Origin: a virus
Lineage: Duplodnaviria > Caudoviricetes
Virus record (IMG/VR): IMGVR_UViG_3300028603_000024
Location: 38,030 to 102,029 of that record
Reading direction: 5' to 3' (one strand)
Length of the DNA: 64,000 nt
Made by a program: the position numbers and the translations under genes. How positions within the stretch are numbered: the first letter of the stretch is position 1; the number at the start of each line of letters is the position of its first letter. Under the pieces are notes generated by a model. It saw only the letters and a list, made by a program, of their open reading frames with translations. It was not told where the DNA came from and did no database searches. Positions 52,191 to 61,205 of the stretch are shown here, piece by piece.

Positions 52191-52811
52191 CTACAGAACA
52201 TCAGGTGCCGCTGAACTCGGCGGAACCGCAGGTGTCGGCTCGTCTGCCGAGGAGGCCGTCGGTGTCGGAGGAGTCTCAGATACCGATATATCTGCCGCAG
52301 AGGCCTGCGGCGATGCTGCCTGAACCCTCGGCAGGCGATCCCGGATTAAAGAATAGACTCCTCGCATCAGGCTTCGGAGACGTTCAACACCCAAGGTGCC
52401 TAGGAGAAAAACGACAACAACCATTATTGTCAGCAGCAACGATGTCCGGCCCGTTGTCCCCGATAATTTCGTCAAACCGCTGTACAAGAGCTCGTCTCTC
52501 TCCGCAGCTGCAGCCAAGCGGGCGTCGATGTAGATGGCTTGGTCGGCCACTTTTTGATCCACCTGCGTAAATCTGTTGCCCAAGGTTACTTGCGCATAAG
52601 ACAACTCCTCAATCTGCTTCCGTAATGCCTGTAGCTGTTTGTCGAGAGGTTCGGCAACTTCCGAGTCTGCCGGCTCGCTCGACTCGGGCGACTCGCCTAC
52701 CTCCGCCGACGAGGTATCATCCTCCGGCAATTGCTGCGAAGCGGCGGTCGAGCAACCAGCCAATAGAAGCGCTACAACGAACAAAGCGAGAATACCGTGG
52801 AACTTCTTCAT
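52191..52811 (-). CDS. lipoprotein with a coiled coil and transmembrane helix
   Basis: MKKFHGILALFVVALLLAG-C lipobox; TM LLLTIMVVVVFLLGTLGV. Confidence 0.7.
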   Translation of the reverse strand: MKKFHGILALFVVALLLAGCSTAASQQLPEDDTSSAEVGESPESSEPADSEVAEPLDKQLQALRKQIEELSYAQVTLGNRFTQVDQKVADQAIYIDARLAAAAERDELLYSGLTKLSGTTGRTSLLLTIMVVVVFLLGTLGVERLRSLMRGVYSLIRDRLPRVQAASPQASAADISVSETPPTPTASSADEPTPAVPPSSAAPDVL

Positions 52812-52900
52812 GCCCTTACTCCATTAAGCCCGCTGCCTATGTTATAGCTTCCCGATCTGCGGACCTCGATCAAGTCGCTGTAATACCCTGATTACCTATG

Positions 52901-52942
52901 AAAAAAAAAAGAGCTGGCGACCCCATAGGTAAGGTCGCCAGC
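52901..52942 (-). terminator. intrinsic terminator
   Basis: 10-bp perfect stem GCTGGCGACC/GGTCGCCAGC followed by TC and a 10-T run. Confidence 0.85.
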
Positions 52943-53102
52943 ATACGAGTCCCCAAAGAGGGGATTAAGGATTTCTCTCCTGCGCGAATCGCTTTACCAA
53001 GGCGAAAACGCCCCGGGAGAGTTCGGGTGCGCCGGGTATTACCCCGAGCACTACCTCATGGCTCTCTCCTTTCCCGGTATCCAACGGAAGCTAACCATTA
53101 GC
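52901..53102 (-). ncRNA. candidate ~200-nt structured small RNA containing an ATG-AGG-TAG minigene
   Basis: Lies between TGTTATAAT and a strong terminator; several hairpins; no sizeable minus-strand ORF in the track. Confidence 0.5.
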
Positions 53103-53107
53103 ACTTA

Positions 53108-53116
53108 ATTATAACA
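53108..53116 (-). promoter_or_regulatory. extended -10 promoter TGTTATAAT
   Basis: Perfect TGnTATAAT in an AT-rich intergenic segment. Confidence 0.65.
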
Positions 53117-53143
53117 GAAAAGCTGGTCAAATTAAGCTGGCCA

Positions 53144-53548
53144 TTAGAGGCCGGCGGGGACATCCCCGGAATCGTTGTCTTCGCTGCGAGCCAGTAATAC
53201 GGGCCGACCCTTATCGCTACCGGGCAGCGAGACGCCTACAGCTACCTGCGGAGTCGAAAACCGGATCCGGTGGCCGTGATAGGCAAAAATCCGTACCGGC
53301 AAGCCGGCGTCATCCCGCAGGAATCTCCCGAGATTCTCCAAAAACGACGCGAGGCCCTCAAACTTCAAGGTCTGCACGCCACGATCATCGACACGCAAAA
53401 GGTGAAGACCAAAGTCTCCGGAAGGACTTAGGGTCAAAGAAGACAGCGTCGTTTCTACCAACTCGGCTCGTCTTGTTTCAAGCTCGGCCGGCTTCTTGGT
53501 CTTCTCCGGTGTCGGCTCCTGCGGCTGGCCCGGTATCTGTTCCGTCAT
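53144..53548 (-). CDS. hypothetical protein
   Basis: Track 53144..53572; likely start MTEQ after GAGG. Confidence 0.55.
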   Translation of the reverse strand: MTEQIPGQPQEPTPEKTKKPAELETRRAELVETTLSSLTLSPSGDFGLHLLRVDDRGVQTLKFEGLASFLENLGRFLRDDAGLPVRIFAYHGHRIRFSTPQVAVGVSLPGSDKGRPVLLARSEDNDSGDVPAGL

Positions 53549-53858
53549 ATCTTGCCTCTCTTTGTTTAACAATCATCAGGGCGTTGGCTGTTATCGCCGC
53601 CTGCATCGCTGTCCACGTTTTACGGGACATCCACACCACGGTCAACAACTGAGTCATGATTTGCCAACCACCTTCCGCTGTCTGCATCGGCGGGAGATCC
53701 AGGGCCAAGGAGACGGGCCACGCGTCGTTTTGCGCCAGGAAGTCCGTCAATTGTTGATTAACGGTCGGTCCCATCGCAAGCGGCGTGTCCTCTCCTACGC
53801 GAATACCGTATTGACATGTGAATGTCTTTACCGCGAGACCGTCAAAGGGGCTATTCAT
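53478..53858 (-). CDS. hypothetical protein
   Basis: Track 53478..53999; likely start MNSPF (ATGA overlap, GGAG RBS). Confidence 0.5.
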   Translation of the reverse strand: MNSPFDGLAVKTFTCQYGIRVGEDTPLAMGPTVNQQLTDFLAQNDAWPVSLALDLPPMQTAEGGWQIMTQLLTVVWMSRKTWTAMQAAITANALMIVKQREARYDGTDTGPAAGADTGEDQEAGRA

Positions 53859-54457
53859 TCCGTCTTCTCCCAACGAGCCAGCGCAATCGGCGAGAGTAGC
53901 GATTGCGGATTTTCCCGGGCCGCTGCCGCTCGTCGTAGGACGTCGGACTGCGGCGGACGACCGAAGAAGCTCAACGGTATGGAGCCGAGGGCTACGCATA
54001 CTTGGGCCGTATTACTGCTGGGGGCGAGTATAAACAAGTCACGTGTTACGCCCGCAAGTTCGACGGTGCGCTGATAAACGTCGCATTCGATGTAAAGTTC
54101 CCGAGCCTTGCTGATAAAAACCTGCGCCGCAACCCACTGCGTAAATCTCTGAGCCTCCTCGGCGGGAAAGGCGTCAACGGCCCACTGTTTATCTCCAGTC
54201 CCACCGCTGACAAGAGGACAGGCGCAGCGAGCAATGACTCGCTCCGCTTCCCGCCGTTGCTCACTCTCCCAGATTTGCGGCAACGTGGTGCGAATACCCA
54301 GGGCGGCATCCATGGCGTGAGTTACAACCAAGGACCAGCCCTCGGGCAAATCCGCTAATCGCGGCAGACTGTCCAGTGGCCCCAGGGTCCGATCCGGCGC
54401 CGCGAGATCCGCAACCTCCTCTGCCTGGGAGCCTGCGTTATTTGGCAGCTTCTCCAT
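53855..54457 (-). CDS. hypothetical protein
   Basis: 200 aa in a tightly packed operon. Confidence 0.6.
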   Translation of the reverse strand: MEKLPNNAGSQAEEVADLAAPDRTLGPLDSLPRLADLPEGWSLVVTHAMDAALGIRTTLPQIWESEQRREAERVIARCACPLVSGGTGDKQWAVDAFPAEEAQRFTQWVAAQVFISKARELYIECDVYQRTVELAGVTRDLFILAPSSNTAQVCVALGSIPLSFFGRPPQSDVLRRAAAARENPQSLLSPIALARWEKTE

Positions 54458-54468
54458 GTTTTATTCCC

Positions 54469-55074
54469 CTACAGTAGGCACTGATTGGACAGCGCCGTCG
54501 CAATGGACCTTGCGACGGTCTGCGAGTCGCCGGAGATCGCAATACCGACGCGGTGCAAGAGATCATGCGCCTCGTTCTTCGAGCGGCCCGGAGCCAAGGT
54601 TAACAGATCCTGCAGCTCCAGCCGCCCGAACGTTGCGGGGTCCATGAGCGTCATCAGCAGCGTTTGCTTTTCCTTAAAGAACCAAGCCGCCAAGGCCTGC
54701 AGTTGCGTAAGGGGAGCCAGGCCCCAGAGGCGGCAGGGGTTAGAATTGTCCAGCATCTGCCTGATGATTTCCGGATCCCGGAACTCAAGAAACGAGGTGC
54801 CCGCGTCTGCGGTCTCTTGAACCAGCAGGCAACCGTCGATCGGCGATCCGAGAAATAACCGATTAGCTACGTTGTCCGCGATCTTCTGCCGCTCCCTCGC
54901 GACCCAACCGGCAATGGCTTCCTGATTCTTGTAATTGCTGGGCGGAGAGCCGAGGTCCACTTCCTCCAGTTCCTGCGGCGATACCGTGAAGTTAATATGC
55001 AGTATCTGGTTATGCGCTGTCAGGTTCGGCCTATACTCGGCACACTCACGGAAGGATAATGTTGCTGTTGACAT
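54469..55074 (-). CDS. hypothetical protein, possibly a degenerate PolB-type 3'-5' exonuclease
   Basis: PPSNYKNQEAIAGW resembles an insert seen in phage stand-alone exonucleases; no DxE motif. Confidence 0.4.
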   Translation of the reverse strand: MSTATLSFRECAEYRPNLTAHNQILHINFTVSPQELEEVDLGSPPSNYKNQEAIAGWVARERQKIADNVANRLFLGSPIDGCLLVQETADAGTSFLEFRDPEIIRQMLDNSNPCRLWGLAPLTQLQALAAWFFKEKQTLLMTLMDPATFGRLELQDLLTLAPGRSKNEAHDLLHRVGIAISGDSQTVARSIATALSNQCLL

Positions 55075-55921
55075 TCATTTGCTCCTGCTTGTCGTCCTGT
55101 TCCGGCTTCGCCACCGCTTGACGAAGCTCCTCCTGCATCCGATGCAACTCCGCAAGGCCCTGTCGAAGAGCTTCCTCCGCCTCCTCCGAGGCGGTGAAAA
55201 ATGGGCTTGTCTGGGACGTATGACGGATTACGCGAACCCCCTGCGACACCAGCTCCGCTTGTTCTGATTTACTTAGATCACAAGCCACGATCATCGCCAA
55301 ATGCTGGTGTTGCAGCAACGTAGATAGCAGCGTAGGTATCACAGCCGTAGACAGCTCCCCGGCCTTGCCGGGTCGCACCTTCAAGACCAATAGCTGCCCG
55401 CCGGCATCGATGGCGTCCTTTAGCGCCAGCAGAAATAAGCCGACATCCTCAGAGGTCTGCAACACCTGCCGCGTATCAATCGCCTTCGGCGCGCTGCCGA
55501 CCAGCTCCTCATAGGCTACGTCCGGGAAGCCGGCCATGACCACGAGGGACCCCCTCACCATCTTCGGCAGAGCCAGTGAGTTTGAGGGCATCGGAATATC
55601 CATGCGAAGAATGGCCTCCTGGTCTGTCATGCCCAGCAGTTGAGAGACTTGCCGATCATTCCTCTGTACCAACCAATGCCCCACATTGGACAGCATATCC
55701 AAACCCTGCTGCAGAGACGTGATGCTGCTTGCGATGCTCCGAGCCAATATCAGCAGCTGAGACATCTGTTTCGGGACGTCCTCGCCCGCCATACCCTGCA
55801 GGGTCCCCAAGCCTTGGTGACTGAGAAAATTAGAGACTGCGATGGCCTGCATAGCCATCTGACCTTCCGGACTCTGCAGAGCACTGTGAAGGCGCGGCGA
55901 AAGCTGTATCTTTTCACTCAT
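55046..55921 (-). CDS. hypothetical protein
   Basis: 291 aa, helical N-terminus and alpha/beta C-terminus. Confidence 0.6.
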   Translation of the reverse strand: MSEKIQLSPRLHSALQSPEGQMAMQAIAVSNFLSHQGLGTLQGMAGEDVPKQMSQLLILARSIASSITSLQQGLDMLSNVGHWLVQRNDRQVSQLLGMTDQEAILRMDIPMPSNSLALPKMVRGSLVVMAGFPDVAYEELVGSAPKAIDTRQVLQTSEDVGLFLLALKDAIDAGGQLLVLKVRPGKAGELSTAVIPTLLSTLLQHQHLAMIVACDLSKSEQAELVSQGVRVIRHTSQTSPFFTASEEAEEALRQGLAELHRMQEELRQAVAKPEQDDKQEQMNVNSNIILP

Positions 55922-56591
55922 TATTCTTCCTCTTCCTCGGGGGACTCCAACGGTGCTGGAACCGATCCAGCTGATTTTTGAACTCCGCAGCCGACTCGTG
56001 CCATACCGCCGACATCGGACCGCCTCTTTCCTCTACAAGTTTGGCTCCCGCCAAGTGCCAGCGCCAGACAAAACCGAGATTAGCGGGACGTAGGGCCAGG
56101 GCGAAGCCTCGCGATCGAGGACTTCGAAAGATAAGCACAGCGCACTGCCGATCGTACCTCGGGGCCAACTGCTCGGCGTCGCCGAGGGCTGCAAACTCCT
56201 TTCGCAACCGAGCCGGAGTCTCGGAGCGGATCTGCCGCATCTTATCCGTGTACAGTACCGCGGGGCAAAGGCTGGTCGGATCTCCCAACATCGAAGCCGT
56301 CAGCAGCTCGCCGAGTCGGCCGAAGTCATCGCTGTGCGTCACCAGCGCGTTATCAAAAAGCAGTATACCCAACCGGCCCTCTTTGGCGGCAGCTTGACGA
56401 CACCGCAACAGAGCGGCCGTAACGGCGGCATACTCCTTACGGTTCTTCATCTCCAAGAACAAGGCGGGATGGTGAGCGTCGCCGGCCTCGTGATCGGCCC
56501 GACCCATTGTCCCGGAACCGATGTTACGCATCACCCCGAAGTACTGTCCGGCGTCCCGTTCGAGCTGCTTCCATGCAGTGCTTCTTGCCAT
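55914..56591 (-). CDS. PD-(D/E)xK Holliday-junction resolvase-like nuclease
   Basis: WKQLER..(A)..FG..R..GSG...GD......LEMKNR pattern. Confidence 0.7.
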   Translation of the reverse strand: MARSTAWKQLERDAGQYFGVMRNIGSGTMGRADHEAGDAHHPALFLEMKNRKEYAAVTAALLRCRQAAAKEGRLGILLFDNALVTHSDDFGRLGELLTASMLGDPTSLCPAVLYTDKMRQIRSETPARLRKEFAALGDAEQLAPRYDRQCAVLIFRSPRSRGFALALRPANLGFVWRWHLAGAKLVEERGGPMSAVWHESAAEFKNQLDRFQHRWSPPRKRKNNE

Positions 56592-57331
56592 TTCGGCCTC
56601 CGTAGATGGGATTCGACTCCGTTAAGCACAAAGTCGACATACATGCCGACTACACAACAATCGACCCGCGGGTCGTGTAACAGGTGCCGGGGAATCTGGA
56701 ACAGCTGCTCCACGATGTAGGACAACGACCAATATATTTCCTTGGCCCGCTCCTCCTCCACGCGAAGGAAGAATGTGAAAGGCGTCTCCATCGGGGTCAT
56801 CTGCAACCCGCACTGTGCCGCCTTGGTCAAAGCGCCGGTATCAAGTACTCTCTCGAGAGGTGCTTGAAATAAGGAACCCGAGCGACGGGCCTCTGCTGTC
56901 AAAACGGGAAGATCAAAGGCGTAACCGTTGTGTGAAACAACCGGGCCGGGATACTTTGCGACAAAGTCCTCCACCCCCGAGAGGGCCTCAACGATGGGTA
57001 TGCCGGACTCAATTTTATTCCAATCCATGTGCAGTTCTCGCCGTAACGCCTCTCGGGCATCCTCGTCAAGATCGCCAAAGGCGGCGTCGTATTGTGCCCT
57101 CGCTATCCGCACCCACTGTGAATAGGAGTCAATCACCTCGAAACCGTGTACCGCGATCGCAGCCAATCTCCACACCGAGCTGTCCACGACGTGGTCGGTT
57201 GTTTCTACGTCGAGAACTACGAAGTTACCGCCCCGGAGGTCCGCAAACTGCGACAGTCTCGCGGCGGCGTCCCGCAACAGATAGTACACGCGGGGCAGAT
57301 AATCTATCAAGGGTCCGCAGCGAGAAATCAT
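56531..57331 (-). CDS. DEDDh 3'-5' exonuclease (DnaQ-like)
   Basis: VVLDVETT, SHNGYAFDLPVL, LDT and HDPRVDC; likely start MISR at 57331 (track start 57379). Confidence 0.85.
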   Translation of the reverse strand: MISRCGPLIDYLPRVYYLLRDAAARLSQFADLRGGNFVVLDVETTDHVVDSSVWRLAAIAVHGFEVIDSYSQWVRIARAQYDAAFGDLDEDAREALRRELHMDWNKIESGIPIVEALSGVEDFVAKYPGPVVSHNGYAFDLPVLTAEARRSGSLFQAPLERVLDTGALTKAAQCGLQMTPMETPFTFFLRVEEERAKEIYWSLSYIVEQLFQIPRHLLHDPRVDCCVVGMYVDFVLNGVESHLRRPKWQEALHGSSSNGTPDSTSG

Positions 57332-57798
57332 GTGTGCTCCGCTATGCGTAGAAATACCTCCTCGGCACCAAAGGGCCATCGCTCAGCTTCGGGCCGTTTG
57401 ACGTTAAGTACGCACTCTACGTAGAACTGCAACACAGCTCTCCCGAATACCTTGAGGATCAGGTCGCTGACCTCGGGAGGTGTTCGGCTGAGCCAGTCCT
57501 TCACGATACCGTCGTAACCGGTCTCGCTTTTTTGTCCCAGCAAGGCTTGGGCCAGACTGATCATGCCATTACCGACGGCCGCAAAACGGTCGTCGTCGGC
57601 CTCGGGCAGTTCCTCCGCGATACGAGGCCAGGCCCGCTCGAAAAAGGTTCGATTAATGCCTTGAAACATGCCGGGCAGGAAATGCAGGATATCCCGAGAG
57701 GGATCGTAGCGGCGACCGGCCCCGATGTCCATCTCCAACACTGCTTTCGGCGGCCCCAAGGCAATTCTGCCTCCTCGAGCCAACGGTGTCTTAGCCAT
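57328..57798 (-). CDS. hypothetical protein
   Basis: 156 aa, AAGGAG RBS. Confidence 0.6.
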   Translation of the reverse strand: MAKTPLARGGRIALGPPKAVLEMDIGAGRRYDPSRDILHFLPGMFQGINRTFFERAWPRIAEELPEADDDRFAAVGNGMISLAQALLGQKSETGYDGIVKDWLSRTPPEVSDLILKVFGRAVLQFYVECVLNVKRPEAERWPFGAEEVFLRIAEHT

Positions 57799-58663
57799 TA
57801 CTCAGCTCCTTCAATCGTTTGTGTACGTGACGAACACGGCAGTCCAGGCAGGCCTTGGGGTGCCGTGCGTCGTGATACGCTTCTAACTGACAGGTACCGC
57901 AAATTGCTAGGTAAAGCGACTTCTGCCGGGTAGCCAGGGGGCATTCCTCGAGGCCCTTCTCGCACTCGCCGCAAGTTATAGTTAACCCCCGCTGACAGGG
58001 TTGTCGACGGGCCTTAATCAGCGAACGGTTCCTTTGCTGTTGCCCCGAGGAGGCGCCGTATTCTGCGACCCACGGGCCGTAGTCGGTGCCTCGCACGTAG
58101 CCCGTGAGCTCCATGCCGAACAGCTCCCAGGGTTGATGGTATCGCAGCGGCTCATGAAACCTGGAATATCCGATATTTACGGCAAGAACAAATAGCCCCT
58201 TGCCGGAGTAGGCCAGGGACACTTCGCCACCGGCCCACGGCCCGGCTTCTACGAATCCGATCAGTTTATACAGTTTGCCGCCGCGGGAAGCGATAGCAAA
58301 AACATCTACTACTCGTAAAGCGCACCAGCCGTCGCGGGCCGTGCCGGGTAGCAACGTCGTAGCCCTGTCTTTCTCAATATCTCCGACAGCTGCGGCAAGA
58401 CGCCATGAAAAAGCCGCCAGCTCCGTTGCGGTGTGCGCCCGCGTCGTGAGGATTGAAAGCGGCCCCATCAAGCTGTCGCGGCGTACGCCGGCCGGCATCA
58501 GATCGTGAATATCTGACAACAATGCTTGGAAAGCCTCGCCGCTTACAGAACGGTCCGCGAGTCTTTCCAGTAGCGGCTCAAAAGTTTTCTGTCTCTTGCG
58601 AATGCGTGCGAGTTGAAACCGTGGAAGCAGCTTGGCCTCCACGGCCGTCTGCCGTCTATCCAT
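57791..58663 (-). CDS. hypothetical protein with Cys-rich C-terminal Zn modules
   Basis: C-x6-CxxC-x6-C and CxxC-x12-CxxC. Confidence 0.6.
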   Translation of the reverse strand: MDRRQTAVEAKLLPRFQLARIRKRQKTFEPLLERLADRSVSGEAFQALLSDIHDLMPAGVRRDSLMGPLSILTTRAHTATELAAFSWRLAAAVGDIEKDRATTLLPGTARDGWCALRVVDVFAIASRGGKLYKLIGFVEAGPWAGGEVSLAYSGKGLFVLAVNIGYSRFHEPLRYHQPWELFGMELTGYVRGTDYGPWVAEYGASSGQQQRNRSLIKARRQPCQRGLTITCGECEKGLEECPLATRQKSLYLAICGTCQLEAYHDARHPKACLDCRVRHVHKRLKELSNG

Positions 58664-58690
58664 CCCCTCGGCCCTCCAGGGCGTATATAA

Positions 58691-59071
58691 TTAAACCAGT
58701 GCAATACTGACTAATGACGACACCGCCAGCTTGGTACCCTGCTGAATCAGCAGAATCGCAGTTGCCAGCTGCGCCTCCGCGGCTTGCACGACCGCCAAGG
58801 GTTTACCGGCTACCTCCGCCGTTACGCTGACCGAGGGCGCCAAGGGGTCGATATTAACCCGTCCGGCGGAGAACTCCGCGAAGCCCTCGGGATCGGCGGC
58901 GGCGAACTCCGCGGCGCTGCCGTAAGCTGTCGACTTCGCTATCTCAGTTTCCAACTCGATCCGGTGCCGCTGAGTTCGTAGTTCTCCTAAGGACTGTTCC
59001 AGGAGCTGCAAAACGGTCTCTGCGGATATCTCTACGAGCTGCGGGCGGATCTGCATAGGTCCTTCGCTCAC
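58691..59071 (-). CDS. hypothetical protein
   Basis: 126 aa, GTGA-coupled to the upstream lipoprotein gene. Confidence 0.55.
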   Translation of the reverse strand: MSEGPMQIRPQLVEISAETVLQLLEQSLGELRTQRHRIELETEIAKSTAYGSAAEFAAADPEGFAEFSAGRVNIDPLAPSVSVTAEVAGKPLAVVQAAEAQLATAILLIQQGTKLAVSSLVSIALV

Positions 59072-59559
59072 GGTTGCCCCCCTGTTCCGGTAACCAACGA
59101 TCCCAGCTGAGACGCCTTAGAAATTACGCCTTGAGCTGCGCCGATGCCCATCGCCTCCCAGACCTTATAATTTCGCGATCCGTAATAACGATCAATGGCC
59201 AACAAGGTAGCGGCAGACGCCTGCAGGGCCTCGATGCGTTGCCGGTGCTGCGCCCGAATACTCGAAATACGAGTCTCCAAGTCCAGTCGTCGTGCTCGAA
59301 AGGCCTCGGCGACCGTCGCTTCATTCGCCGGGGTCAAGACCCCCTCGGTCGTAAGGGTATCCCGTGTTACTCGCTCCGCCGCGGCGAGATCCTCAAGGGC
59401 GGAGGTCCGGAACTCCCGCAGGTAGTTGTCACTGTCTCGTTGTAGGTCTTCGCCTATCAGCATCAGATTACGGGAGGTATCCCGGGTTGCGCCGCTGACG
59501 GCAACATCGGCGGCGCAACCGGATACGCACAGAAGCAGTAAAACCGATATTGCCCTCAC
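59068..59559 (-). CDS. putative lipoprotein (helical)
   Basis: Likely GTG start at 59559: MRAISVLLLLCVSG-C. Confidence 0.6.
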   Translation of the reverse strand: MRAISVLLLLCVSGCAADVAVSGATRDTSRNLMLIGEDLQRDSDNYLREFRTSALEDLAAAERVTRDTLTTEGVLTPANEATVAEAFRARRLDLETRISSIRAQHRQRIEALQASAATLLAIDRYYGSRNYKVWEAMGIGAAQGVISKASQLGSLVTGTGGQP

Positions 59560-60086
59560 ACCGGTCCCCTTAAGAGTACTTGACGATTTCGAGCTTCCGA
59601 CGTGTACGGCAAGGCAACGTCTCGACAACCATCCGCTATTCCGGATAAAACGGCGTTAAGCACGGCCACGCACATATCTCTCTTGGCTGTAATGTCAGGA
59701 TTCTCGTTCAAATAATTCTCACCCACCCGTAGGCCTTGACTGACCAACCCGAGCGCGATACCACGAAGTCTCTCGTCCCGAACCTTTAACAGCAGCCGTT
59801 GCTCCGCTACGGGGTAAAAGACCACATACAGGTCTTCGCCTGACTCCAGTTGAGCGGTCAATGGTAGGATGTCTTCCGTGATGATCGTGACCATCTTCAA
59901 GATATCAAGAGGACTCACGGCCTCGTTTTTAAGCAGCAAGTAGGTTCCCGCATAGGACGCCGCGTAGGTGGTCCCATACGAGGCTAACCGTACCTGCTCC
60001 GGGGTCAGTCGAGTATTGGGGGCACAGCCCGGGACCGAAACCAGCAACACCAGAACAACGAGCAGTGACACAGAAATCCATTTCAT
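59556..60086 (-). CDS. putative lipoprotein
   Basis: MKWISVSLLVVLVLLVSVPG-C. Confidence 0.65.
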   Translation of the reverse strand: MKWISVSLLVVLVLLVSVPGCAPNTRLTPEQVRLASYGTTYAASYAGTYLLLKNEAVSPLDILKMVTIITEDILPLTAQLESGEDLYVVFYPVAEQRLLLKVRDERLRGIALGLVSQGLRVGENYLNENPDITAKRDMCVAVLNAVLSGIADGCRDVALPYTSEARNRQVLLRGPV

Positions 60087-60090
60087 TCGA

Positions 60091-60106
60091 TCACCCTCCG
60101 TGGTGA
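60091..60106 (-). promoter_or_regulatory. hairpin TCACC-ACGGAG-GGTGA covering the Shine-Dalgarno (CsrA/RsmA-type site)
   Basis: Same loop, stem length and 4-nt distance to the ATG as at the sheath gene, with a different stem sequence. Confidence 0.5.
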
Positions 60107-60118
60107 CGAGCTGCCTGG

Positions 60119-60346
60119 TTACCAGCCGGACAACCCCTGTTGAGAAAGCAAGGCGTCATCGAGACACATTGCGGTAATAGTAATCAAGGCTCGCTCCGGT
60201 GTTGGCAGGCACCCGACAACCACAACAACGGGATGAAGTCCGTAACTGGCGCCATTGAACATGCAGTTGAGCGAGGCATCCGCAAACCGCGTCTTCCCCG
60301 AGGCGTGCGAAGCGAAGGAGGTCAGGGCTCGAAATAAACCACTCAC
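60119..60346 (-). CDS. small hypothetical protein
   Basis: A GTGA overlap with the upstream stop gives 75 aa that fill the gap. Confidence 0.35.
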   Translation of the reverse strand: MSGLFRALTSFASHASGKTRFADASLNCMFNGASYGLHPVVVVVGCLPTPERALITITAMCLDDALLSQQGLSGW

Positions 60347-60954
60347 TCCCCTGCCCCTCTCCAGTCTAACCTTATCGGCAAGTCCACGCAAACGAGAACT
60401 GCTCCGAAGGCAAAACCCTCAGCGGTCGGTAAGGGGTAGTCAGGCGAGGAATAAAAACGAAGCTGCACCCGCCACATTTCCCCCTCCCTGGCAAGCTGGG
60501 CCACGCCGTCGCCGATCCCCAGACCTGACGGCGGTTCCCAGAGAACCTCGGAGCATCGTGGTATGGTTACGTCGGTGACAATTGTTCCGCCCCTCCGATG
60601 CAGTTTGGTACGTAATACTCGGAGCGGGATGCAGACCTGAGCGGCCCGCCGAACTGTGGCCGGCGATGAGCTGCCATACGAAAAGGGGAAGGGGTGATAA
60701 ACCTCGATCTGAAAGAGGTCGTTCTGGTTCCAAGTCGCCCCAGCCATAAGCTGGCCATGACCGCGGGGGCAGGACCATACACCGCCCTGCAGCTGCTCCA
60801 AAGGCCGACCGCAGGAGGAACAGAGCCTCCCCGGTAGCATACCTACGGGATCGTTGTCCTGGCCGTCCCCCAACAAACCGATACAGGTTCGAGACGTATC
60901 GCCGGGATTATCGATAATAAAATTACCTCGCTCCAGATAAACAGCTTTTATCAA
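60343..60954 (-). CDS. hypothetical protein with a Zn ribbon
   Basis: CSSCG...WSCPRGH. Confidence 0.55.
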   Translation of the reverse strand: MIKAVYLERGNFIIDNPGDTSRTCIGLLGDGQDNDPVGMLPGRLCSSCGRPLEQLQGGVWSCPRGHGQLMAGATWNQNDLFQIEVYHPFPFSYGSSSPATVRRAAQVCIPLRVLRTKLHRRGGTIVTDVTIPRCSEVLWEPPSGLGIGDGVAQLAREGEMWRVQLRFYSSPDYPLPTAEGFAFGAVLVCVDLPIRLDWRGAGE

Positions 60955-60956
60955 CT

Positions 60957-61205
60957 CTACTCCTCCTGCGGGATCAAGTGTCGAGGAAGATCGATCCGAT
61001 GCACCGGCGGACCCTCCGTTTTCTTGCCCCGCTTAGTTAGATTGCATTGAACACAGTAGAAGCCCGCCTTAACCAGGGGTCGATTGCATATCAGACACCT
61101 CGCACCGCGGCGAACCTTGGCTTTCTTAGGCACGCAAGCGAGATGAATCTTAATCAACGAGGCCTTACTTTTCTTGGTTAATTTAGCAGCGCCCTTCGAC
61201 TTCAT
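60957..61205 (-). CDS. small basic Zn-finger protein
   Basis: CLIC-x10-CVQC, Lys/Arg-rich. Confidence 0.55.
   Translation of the reverse strand: MKSKGAAKLTKKSKASLIKIHLACVPKKAKVRRGARCLICNRPLVKAGFYCVQCNLTKRGKKTEGPPVHRIDLPRHLIPQEE

Noticed and set aside
53051-53059. TAG reassignment (alternative genetic code)
   Set aside because: Long genes are open in code 11, TAG ends many genes, and read-through here meets TAA four codons later.
52898-53101. 67-aa plus-strand basic ORF
   Set aside because: No RBS; it starts in the terminator A-run, and promoter and terminator polarity favour a minus-strand RNA. Not fully excluded.
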